Assembly: GCA_026936335.1 (NCBI GenBank)
Contig: JAPMXV010000051.1
Location: forward strand, 496,001-560,000
Reading direction: 5' to 3'
DNA: 64,000 nucleotides
Source: Mantamonas sphyraenae STR306
Taxonomy: Eukaryota; Protista; CRuMs
Below the pieces are notes generated by a model. The model was given only the letters and a program-made list of their open reading frames with translations. It ran no database searches and was not told the DNA's origin. How positions within the stretch are numbered: position 1 is the stretch's first letter; each line of letters opens with the position of its first letter. A program made the translations under genes and the position numbers. Shown piece by piece: positions 13,432-23,800 of this stretch.

Positions 13432-14948
13432 ATGTCTGCCAGCACCAGCTCCAGTCATGCACGTACGCAGGAAGACACAGCAGACGACGACATCTCACTG
13501 CTGTGTGTGATTGTGGACACCAATGCCACAGTGTGGGCGCAGCGGGAGGAAGACAACGGGAAGGTTGGGATCGAGGCGTTCACCGAACAGCTTCTCGTCT
13601 TTCTCAACGCGTACATGCTGCTGAACCAGTACAACATGCTGTGCGTAGTGGCTTCGCACACGGAGCGTGCCTCGTTTCTTTATCCAGAGATGGACCAGCC
13701 GCAGCAAGGTGGCAACGTCCAAGAGTCGACGGAAGACGCTGTGGCAGACGACGGCGAGGGCGATGCAAATGATGGAAAACAGGACAACTTTGGCGACGGC
13801 ACAAGTGCCCTGGAAAACGTCCACTTCTCGCTGGTGTCGCGCAAGGTGAACCGAGGCCTGCGGAAGAGAATGCAAGAGACGTACAAATTGGCCAAGGGCA
13901 ACAAAGAGGAGATGTGTACGTGAGAGCCAAAGAGGTGACACGTGCATACGGAGAATCGCCTTTTGTGGGGATTGCGTGGATGTGTGGCGAATGAGGGTGC
14001 TGACACACGGCGCGTGTGCGTTTGGTAGTGGAGACGGGTTCGATGTTCTCGAGCGCCCTGAGTTTGGCTCTGAGCTGTAGGTGGATACATGGGAGAGGGA
14101 CGGCAGGAGGATGTACAAGACACCTCAGGTACACACTATACACACTGGGAGCTGACCACACACACGCATACAACACACAGACATCAACCGAGTGTACAAA
14201 ACAAACACGAGTGTGCGCGCTCGACTGCTGGTGTTCAACGTGGCAAAGGATATCAGCGAACAGTACATCCCCATCATGAATGGGATCTTTGCGGCACAAA
14301 AGAGGGGCGTGCCTGTCGATGCGTGTGCCCTGGGTGACGAAGACTCGGTGTTCCTCCAACAAGCAGCGCACCTTACAGGCGGCATCTACCTTCGCCCAAC
14401 AGAGCAGGACAACCTGCTGCAGTATTTATTGGTATGCAGGAGAGGCAGGGTGGGGAGCTTGGAAGACGCAGAGGATGATTGGCAATGGAGACACCTCCCG
14501 AGGTGCTAACACCGAACCACCACGCACACAGACAGTATATCTGGTCGACCGCTTCTCACGGCAGCACCTGAACCTGCCCATGCAAGTGGAGGTGGACTAC
14601 AGAGCCGCATGCTTTTGCCACAAACGACCCATTGACATGGGCTGGGTCTGTTCGGTGTGCCTCTCCATCTTTTGCGAGTATTCGCCCGTGTGCAGCACCT
14701 GCGGCACCAAGTTTCCCGTCGACCGGTCACAATTCCTTTCTGTGGCCAAGCTGGGCAAGAGCAAGAAGCGCAAGAAGAAGAACAGCAGCAAAGCGTCGAG
14801 CAGCTCCGGCAAAGAATCGTCGCAGGCCGTCGCACACGCTATGGACACGGAATCGGCGTCCGGTACGGCGCAACAAACATCCACAGCATCGGGGGGAGAA
14901 GAGTCACACACTGTGGTCAAGCGGGAAGAGGTGTTGGACGAGGACTAG
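13432..14948 (+). CDS. GTF2H3: General transcription factor IIH subunit 3 (p34/Tfb4); multi-exon
   Basis: vWA start 'SLLCVIVDTN', 'QYIPIMNGIFAAQK', 'FLQQAAHLTGGIY'; C-terminal zinc finger 'VDYRAACFCHKRPIDMGWVCSVCLSIFC...CSTC'. Confidence 0.95.
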
Positions 14949-14985
14949 AGGTGGATGTTACAGCGCGTTCAATGCTGCCGCCCCA

Positions 14986-15910
14986 TCATCCAGAGAACAG
15001 TGCCCACACCCTCCACAGCAGAAAAATAACCACGACAAAGACAACGGCCATGCGAGGCCCCCATAGCCGCCACCATGCCTCACTGTTGAGCCGTTTGGCC
15101 TGCGTAAACATCTTGCGCGACTGTGAGCTGACCGAGCTCGACAGCGACGAGAGGGTGTCCAGCTTCTCGCCACGCTGTGCCAGCTCACGGATGTTCTTGT
15201 GCATTGTGGTCTGGATTTCTTGAATGTTGGACACAAGCTCGTCCAGGTTCTCCTGCGATTTCTGCTCCTGGAACTTCTGCTTGAGCTTGGAGATGGTGCG
15301 TGCTGGTGTTCGGGCAGCGGTGTGGCATGCGGGATCGTAGAGAATGTGAGCGTGTGTGTGGCTGTGCAGTGGCGGAATGGATACTCGTGTGGGTCCCACG
15401 GCAACGCACAGAATTCAACCACCTGGAAGGCGCGCTTGGCTGCCTTGGCCTCCTGGAGATGGTGTTCTTCGAACTGCTCCTTCAACTCGTTCAAATAAAC
15501 GAAGCCCAGACGGGAGGAGAAGTTGTTGTCAAAGAGAGCCATGTAGCAGAGATCGTCGTGCACCAGGCCTCTGTGAGTGTCATTTTGGCCACGTCAGCAC
15601 CGTTCACATCGCCTGTTGGCCTGTACCACGCCACACACATGCACACACATATGCCAAAACACACATGCAACGCACCACGCTTGGCACGGGAGTGTGTACA
15701 GCTGTGTCTGGGCACCGTGGGCGAGGAAAGCACTCACAAGAACTTGCGGCGGTCGGCAACCTCGATCTCAAAGCTTTCATACTGCGGATCCAGGTTGCGC
15801 AGCACTGTGTTTGCATTCTGTTTGTACTGGCGCCAGATTTCGGGCGAGTCGTCCGACGACCCACTCAGGATGAGTGCGTCGGACGCGCGGCTCACTATCG
15901 TCATCAACAT
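14986..15910 (-). CDS. SEC22: Longin R-SNARE SEC22; multi-exon
   Basis: 'MLMTIVSRASDALILS', 'LCYMALFDNNFSSRLGFVYLNELKEQF', 'NIRELAQRGEKLDTL', C-terminal transmembrane helix. Confidence 0.85.
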
Positions 15911-16103
15911 TTTCCCTTTTTCCTTGCCATGGTGAGTGCACGCTGGGACAAGCGAAGCGCCATGTGCGTATCGTGCGTTCACACATTGCTGTCTGCGTGT
16001 GGGAATGTGATGCGACTCATGGACGTGCCGAAACCCACCGTTCTGTGGTAACCCTCCCGCCACGCTGACGCCTGTGCGCCGCACGTTCACCCGGAAACAG
16101 TCC

Positions 16104-16585
16104 ATGTACATCCGCGTCAAGCGCAAGTCGACCACGCTCTTTCTACAGTGCGACGCCAGCGACACGGTCAGTGCTGTCAAGGAGAACATCGGCAAGATCA
16201 TCTCCACAGACGCCAGCGAGCAGCGGCTGTTGTTCAACGGCCAAGTGCTCAGCGACTCTCAGACGCTCAGTGACCAGCACGTCGAGAACGACAACATTGT
16301 CTTCCTTGTGCTGAAAAAGGGCGGTAGGTGTCCGCGTATTTCTCGAGTCCCATGTGTCCCTCTCCTGGCCGCACGCGGCGTCGCAAAGCGATCGGGAACG
16401 CTTGTGCCGCCCAATTCCCAGAGCTCCAATCGTCCATGCCTCTCCACGTCGGTTGCTGTGCCCTGGCCAGTACGTCTTCCTGCACAACCACTCACACAAT
16501 AGTATCTGTGCGTCTCCCCACACACGCATCTTGCCTTGTGCCGTGCACAGACGACTACGAAGAGGTGGAGGTGGACGGCGTCTGA
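16104..16585 (+). CDS. ELOB: Elongin B-like ubiquitin-fold protein; intron ~16324-16550
   Basis: 'MYIRVKRKSTTLFLQCDASDTV...EQRLLFNGQVLSDSQTL...ENDNIVFLVLKK' plus last exon 'DDYEEVEVDGV'. Confidence 0.75.
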
Positions 16586-16749
16586 TCGTGCAGCTGCACA
16601 CAGCACAGAAAACAAACAAACCATGGCACACAGGCACACCATCATCTCGTGGAGATGTATGCACGTCACCGCCTGCAGTGCAACGGATCTTGAAAGCCGT
16701 GAACACGCTGGAATCTTGCTCGAAATTTCATTCCGCAGACTCGTTGAAA

Positions 16750-19700
16750 TCACACCTCCTCAGACTCTGCATCCTCGGAGGCCGGTTCGCTGTTTCCTTC
16801 ACTCTCCTTGTCGTCGTTGCCTACCTCGGGCGTCGCTGTGGTGGCAAGGGCGGTGGTGCGCACCGTTGTCTTCTTTCGTCGCTTCGTGCCTGTGCCTGCT
16901 GCGTTGGCCTGCTTGTCGGCCACGGCCGAGAGCACAAAGGCGTCGATGGGCTCCATGCCATCGACCTTGCTGGTACGTGCGTGCGAAAACAGGTCCACAA
17001 ACCCCTCGTACTCTTGGCGATCCATGTAGCCGTTCATGTAGTTCTTCTCCACCTTGAGCAGGTAGATGTCGTCAAACAAGTTGCGTGAAAAGTCGGCCGA
17101 AGGGAAGTTGCGCAGAGTGATCATGGCGCCCACCATGAGCGGGAAGCCGACCATCTGGCAGGTCAGGATGCGGAAGCGGAAAGCCCAGGTTGTTTCCAGC
17201 ACAAACTTGATGCGGAAGATGTTGGGCACAATAAAGGTGTACACGGCCTGGAAGATGAACAAAGTGAGCATGGCTACGTTGAGCACAAAGACCAGGTAGT
17301 ACTTGAGAAGGTAGACCTGCTGCAGGTTTGTCCACTTGATGTCCAGCGGGTTGGAGATCAAGGCACGCACGTAGTGTCCCACAAACTTGAAGCCAGTGCA
17401 CGAGCCCGTCTCGTCTTCTCGGCGCGGCATCTGCATGTAGTACACTTGCACAAGGCGGATCAGGATGAATCCCAACACAAAAGCCGCGGCAAAGATGTAC
17501 GTAAAGTAGGTGATGAGAGACTCGGGGGTGTGGAAGTAAGTGCTATCCCACACGTCATACCCGTTGAGCAGCTCAGCCACCAAGAAGAACCCAATCACTC
17601 CGCCAAAGTAGAGAGTGATGCCGAGGAAAGCGCCGACAAGTGCATCCCGGTTGGCCTGACGCACACGTTCGCTGGACACAGAGCGCGATACCAGCGAAAA
17701 CATGTCCATAAAGGTAAACTTCTGGCAGAGCGCACTGTGGGGGTGATTGGGAGGCGGGGGGAAGGGGGAGGGGCAGCAAGCGCGTCAGTTTGGCACAAAG
17801 CCTTGCACACACCTGCAGGGAGACTCAAGCAGACGCATTCAAGCACATGCAGACACTCCCTGGGCCGGCCCGCAAGTCCTCGCTACTGCACTTACATGAA
17901 GAAGATCAAGAGGATGATGTTGATGACGACGGTTGCGAGGATGTTGCGCAGCAGGAGAAACTCGATGGTTTGAGCTCGCTTGGCCTCGTAAAGAGCGTCA
18001 AGCTTGACGATAAGATCCTTGTACTCGGTCTCGGACTTGCCGTTGTGCGTGCCTGTGATTTCGGCGTTCGTGATCGGCACGCCGGGCTCGACGAGGTTGA
18101 AGAATTCCTTGACAAAGAGCTGACGGGCACGGAACAGATCCTCAAAGTGCTTGGGGCGCACAGTGTCCGGAATGATACCCATGAGATCGTCGACAAAGAG
18201 TCCCTGGGAAGAGCGTGGCACGGGGATGCCCAGCACGGCAGCGATGGTTGGGGCAATGTCGATGTTGCTGACGGGCTTACGGTCAAAGCGGGGGCCTCCG
18301 TAGGCCTTGGCCTCAGCCTTGGTGCGCAGGCCGCTGTTCTTCATGTAAAAGTAAAGCGGGACGGTGGTGACGATGGGTGAGTCACCTCCGTGGCCTCCGC
18401 GTCCGAGCATGCCGTGGTCGCTGACGATAGCCACGAGGGTGTTCTCGTCGATGACGTTGAGCAGATTCTGGAAAATCTTGGTCTTGTTGGCAATGGCGCC
18501 GTTGTAGGTGTCACCCGAGTTGTACTCCGGGAGAGCGCCAAAGTAGTGGCCCTGGAAGTCAATGTCGGAAAAGTGGCACAGGAAGAACTTGTAGGGGTCG
18601 ACGGTCTGGGTCATCGCCTGGATGAGCACCTCACCACGCGCTTCGTCGGTGGGGTTGTTTGTCTGCGGCCCTGAGGCGGACGGATCATAGGCAAGGTTGA
18701 CGGTGCCGTCTCCGTTGAGACGCGGCAGCTGGCTTTTGATGAGGTTTGTGAACCAACCGGAGCCGGTGATGCCACGGTTGATGCCAAAGAGGCGGGCCTG
18801 GCGATAGATGGTGTCATAGAGGGTCTCTGGCACGAGCAGATTGCCCCAAACGCCCGAGAGCTCAGGCTTGACACCCGAGATGATGGTGAGCCAGTTGGGC
18901 ACACTCATACTGGGCAGTTGGGCACTTATGTTGTAGAAGAGCGAGTGTGGTTTCACGGTGTCGCTGTCCATGACCTGTCGCCATGTCGGGTTGGCGTCAC
19001 CATAGCTGCTGAAGCCGTCCATGACAAGCACCACCACGGTGTAGTTGGTGTGCGTGCGGTTGGGCCCAAAGTGGTTCTGCACAGTGGACTCCTTGTTCAT
19101 AGTAGTGATCTGGTCCACCTCAAAGTACTCGCCCTGTTGGGGCAACGTACAATTGGTGGGCAGAGGGATGGAGACCGTGGGAGGGCCGAGGACGGGGTGG
19201 AAAGTTGTGTGAGGACGGCGCGCCCAAGAGGGGAAATCCTGGAACCAAGGAAGGCAACGGTGAGGAGGGTTCGGAAACGGGCATAACTGACCAGAGTGGA
19301 CACGGTCTTGCGCAGTTCGGCGACATAGTTGCCGGCGGAGAGGAAGAAGACAAAGAGGGTTGCGTAGAACATGTAGTTTTCGCCAATCTTGAAGCGGCGG
19401 TAGATGGCCGAGCGCGTGGTGCGCAGCTCTTCGATAGTCTCGAGCTTCGTGAGCAGGGCGTTCTTCTTCTTGTGGTTTGTGTTGCCGGACCAGGTCTGGC
19501 GCTTGTGCTTGCCAAACTCTGTGGGAAGGCGGGGGGCCAAAGAGAAAGCAAACGGGACCGGGTTTGGGCGGGGAGCGGTTGCGAGGGTGTCAGACGCTTT
19601 GACAGGGCGAGAGGAAGGGTGCATGCGACGTGTAAAGCACCACGGGTTGGCGGTAGGGTAGATAATGGCAGGCTGGAGAACGGGAAGGCGATGTGTGTGT

Positions 19701-20601
19701 GTGTGTGCGTGTTTGTGGGCGCTTGTGTGGCGGGCGGGCGAGAGGGCGCGTGGCAAATCCAGGAACGGCCAAACGAGGGAAAACTGACCCTGCTTCTTCT
19801 GGTGCTTCTCGTACATCCAGATGATAAAGAGGAGTAGGACGAGCTCAAAGAAGCGAATGGCCATGGCGGCATAGACCATGGCGAGACGGAGGGGAGTCGG
19901 GTAGGCAGCGTTTGTCAGGTCGAGGGTGTACGTAAACACCTTCATGATGACGATGAGAAAGAAGCGCTGGGGCGAGTCTTCAGGCACAGGCTGGATACCC
20001 AAGGTAAGGGAGAAGAGGCTGAGAAGGATGGTGCCGATGGTTGCGAGCAGTTGAATGGTCTGGATGTCCGAGGTTTCGTCAGACACGGTGGGCACGCCGT
20101 GTGCTTTGGAGCCAAAAATGGAAAAGCCGCATTCCGAGGTCAAGGGCAACAACCGATGGGTAGGGTCACAACAGGGACAGGACAGGCCGCTACGTGGGTG
20201 CGTGCAGCGGCCGGGGCTTTCGGTGCATGCAGGCCAGTGATGCAAAGGGGAAACGCGGGCTGGGAAGGCAGCCAGCTCCGGGAACCGGGCAACGAGCGCA
20301 GTAAACAGGCACAAGGGCTTCGCACAAGTTTGGCACAGGGACTGTCAAGGATATTTGTGTTTGTCTGCGGGTAGGATCGGTCGTCGGGCAACGAAAGGAA
20401 GACAACGGCAAGCACAAGGTCGATGATGAGCAGGACCAACAGCGGCAGTCGGTACTTGTTGACGTACTTCTTCATGCCGCTGTTGGTGTCCCCCACCAAG
20501 GGCATGAATGACCCGCTGGCGGAGCGCTCGGCGATGTTTGTCAATTCGGTGTCGGACAAGGTGGACATCACGTGTGCGTTGGTTGCACGGGCGGTCGCCA
20601 T
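16750..20601 (-). CDS. Multi-pass membrane protein with an alkaline-phosphatase-superfamily domain (GPI ethanolamine-phosphate transferase/phosphodiesterase-like); multi-exon
   Basis: 'VVVLVMDGF', 'SMSVPNW', 'HFSDIDFQGHYFG', 'IVSDHGMLGRGGHGGDS', 'IDIAPTIAAVLGIPVP'. TM-rich exons on both sides; exon boundaries approximate. Confidence 0.75.
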
Positions 20602-20827
20602 CGAGCATTTGTCGAGCTACAGTGAATTCGGGTCAAGTTGAGCCTCGCGCCGCAAACCCCGTTGCCAATGAAAATCCCCTTTCTGAAGTTTGTTCATTCC
20701 ACCTTTGGCATGGCGCCTGCATTTGTGTGTCATGGGGCTGTGCTCGTTGTATTTGGCCCGTATGGCCTGCAGATGGAGGACCGAACGCCAAACAAGCTGC
20801 GCCACAGGGGGCAAGAAAACGCGCACA

Positions 20828-23800
20828 ATGAGCGAACACCACGCAAAGCATGCAAAGCATAATGACAAACGGAAACGTAGCCACAGCAACATCGCCCTTG
20901 ACAACGACGGTGAGGACGGCCTTTCGGTTTCCGAGCGGTCCGGAATGAAGCGTTCGCGCCGCCACGTCTGTGCTTCTGTTCATTGTGACAATGGCGTGGG
21001 ACTGCAAGAACGATTCTGTGATGTGTGTGTGCTTGGTGTAAGCGCCCGGGAGACTGTGGTGGACGTGCAAGGGCCACGCCGAAGTTTGAAGGTGGAGGGA
21101 GGTGTAGGAAGCGTCAGGATGTTTGCAGCCGCTCAGGCGGCTATGGACACGGAATCGGTTTCTGGCGACTATGAGGAGTACAGCGAGGATGAGGAGTACA
21201 GCGATGATGAGGAGGACAGTGAGGATGAGGAGTACAGCCCGGTCGCAAGACGTCCAAGGAAAGCGCAGGAGGGCAAAAAACGGAAACCGACTGAATCGGA
21301 CCAAGTGTCGGTCCAATTGGCCCACGGGCGACAAGGAGGCAGTGGCAAGGCGAGGCGACAGCAAGATATCTTGGCAACCTACGGTATCGAATTTGAGCAA
21401 GGCATGACTCAGCTGGAAGGCGACGTGAAAGTGCTGGTTGATGTCAGCTCCGTGGTCCACACGGTCGTGGAGGCGGCCGCCCGCGTGTCAGACGTACCCG
21501 AAGAGAAGGTGCGTGAACTGGTTACACGATGTGTCGAGGCTGAGAAAGCGGCCACAGAACTGCGGGTGGACCTTCGGAATGCGAATGTCAGGTACGTGCT
21601 CGTCTGCGATCTGAAGCCCGAGTTTCTCGATGAGCAGGCCCAGTCAGTTGGCTTCGGCACGCACCTACGGCGCATGGAGAACACGCTGGCGCATGTGGCG
21701 ACCATGAGCAAGACGTTGCGCAAGTTGAAACGGGAGAAGGCCGACTTGAAGACACTAGCACAGGGGCATACGTTGAGTTTGACTGGACAGGCGCAGGTTG
21801 CTGTCTATCATGCTGTAAAACACCTGTGTTCCCAGCACGATGTGTACGAGTGTGGCAACGACAAGGTGAATGAGAACCCCGGTGCATGTCTGGCTGACGA
21901 CGTCAAAAACGAGCTGGTGCGTTTGTACAACCACGATCAACACGTCACCTTTGTGATCACCCTGCATGATAGTGATTGGGGATACAACGTCGCCGAGCAC
22001 CCAGTTGTTCTCCTGCACCCTCGCCTTGGCTTCGCAATCGTCGAGCCGCACGTTGGCCGTTTGATGTCACTCGTGGCGGCGTTGCTGTTGTCGAGCGACA
22101 TTGAGGCAGCCGTGCGAGCTCCGCGCAGGAACATGCTGCGGCTGGATGCCGGGAGCCTGAATGAGTTGCTGGCGGGCGGCGGGAGCCTGCTGACGTACAT
22201 CTACCAACCGATCCTTTGGGACGACAAGTCCGTGGCACATCTACTGCAAGGCACACGGGGCACACAACCTGCTTCCAAGCACCTGGACCTGGTGCAGGAG
22301 CACGCCCAGAAGTATCTTGCAGCCGTGAAGGTCCACCTGTGTCAAATGGGCTTCGACGACCGCACGATCAACACCCTCACGTCATTGCACGCATGGGACG
22401 CCGTGTTCGATACGGGTGGAACGAAAGCTGAGCTGGATTGGAGTGGCCTGCCTGGTCCTCAGGTGCTGGGCCAAGTCGACCTGGGTGGTGGCCGACACAT
22501 TGGCTCCCTGTTTGCGGCGTACGCCAATGATTATGCCGTGACAGACCATGACACATTGCGAAAGGCACGTCTGCTCCCACCGGGAGAGGTGGTGGAGCAG
22601 GCGCGCCAGCTGGAAGGCGAACAGACCCTGCGTGGCGCACTGGACGGCCTGAAGGAACAGATTCGGACGCGTTGGGAGGCGATGAAGCGACACGATGCAT
22701 CACATGTGCCGTTGGAGAACATCGGATCCAGATACGCGTACCCGGTGACGGTTGACGTGGCGGCAGAGGGTGTCGAGGGCCTTGTGGCAGCGGCGCGGGG
22801 CACAGACGAGATCGAGTACACCAACCCTGCTTCCATGTACAACAACATGATCTCGGTCAAGAAGTGGGAAGCCCTGTGCAAGAAGCATGCCGACAATGGG
22901 AAGCGCGAGCGGCTCAGCAAGATGCGTGGCGTGCTTGAGGAAGCCGTGCGCGACAAGCTCAACACGAAGATGACCAAGGCGATGAAGAAGGCGGGTGTTG
23001 ATGCCTCCATGGACGTGTTCGTGGGCGACAATCAACAGCTGGCCGCCATCCTTGGTCCAACGCCACCCAGCTCTGGCGAGGCGGTCTTTTGGGACACAAT
23101 GGCCAGCAATGCCATCGACTACGTGTACCAAAAGCAAGACGACGATGACGATGGCCACGGTGCCTCGCGACTGGACGCAGTGATCAACACAATTCTGCCG
23201 GACCCGGAGGACAACGAGTGGGAAGTATTCATGGGCTTCTCGACACCAAAGCTGGACTCGGACCATACTGAGCGTCTGGCATCGTCTTCGTGTGTGGTGG
23301 AGCTCGGCAGCCTCGAGAAACTGCGAAATGCTGCGCTCATCAACGCACGATCCGTGGAAGAGTTGGATGCGATGGCGCACGCCTTTGGGCTTATCGTTGC
23401 CATCCAGTGTGATTTGCTCGAGTGTGGTCTGCTGGAACCAAGCAAAGACCTCGAGAACGTGCTGTCGGCTTGCTTGCAGCTCAACGTAGGCCGATTCTAC
23501 CTGAAGCCGCCGTCTGCGGTGGAGATCACATGCGAGGCAACCCCGAAGCTCCACAACTTCCCCAAGTACATCTCTGTGACAGCTGACCTCGTGTTGAGCA
23601 GACAACCGAGCGGTGGAGTCGTTGCGGAGTATCTGGATGAGCTGGCACCCGAGGAAGCGAGGTGTGGCATCGACCTGCGTTGTCTCCCCAGTGGAGCCTT
23701 CACAGCCCTTTGCCAGCGGGGAGCTGCACTCGTGCTGACCAACTGGAAGGTCATGCTGATCAACCAGGCCGTTGACAACTTGGTCGACCTGGTGGTGGCA

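Noticed and set aside
20690-20827. ORF-caller start of the 1,868-aa protein at 20690
   Set aside because: It is a TTG codon, unlikely in a eukaryote; ATGs at 20732, 20828 or 21119 are more plausible.
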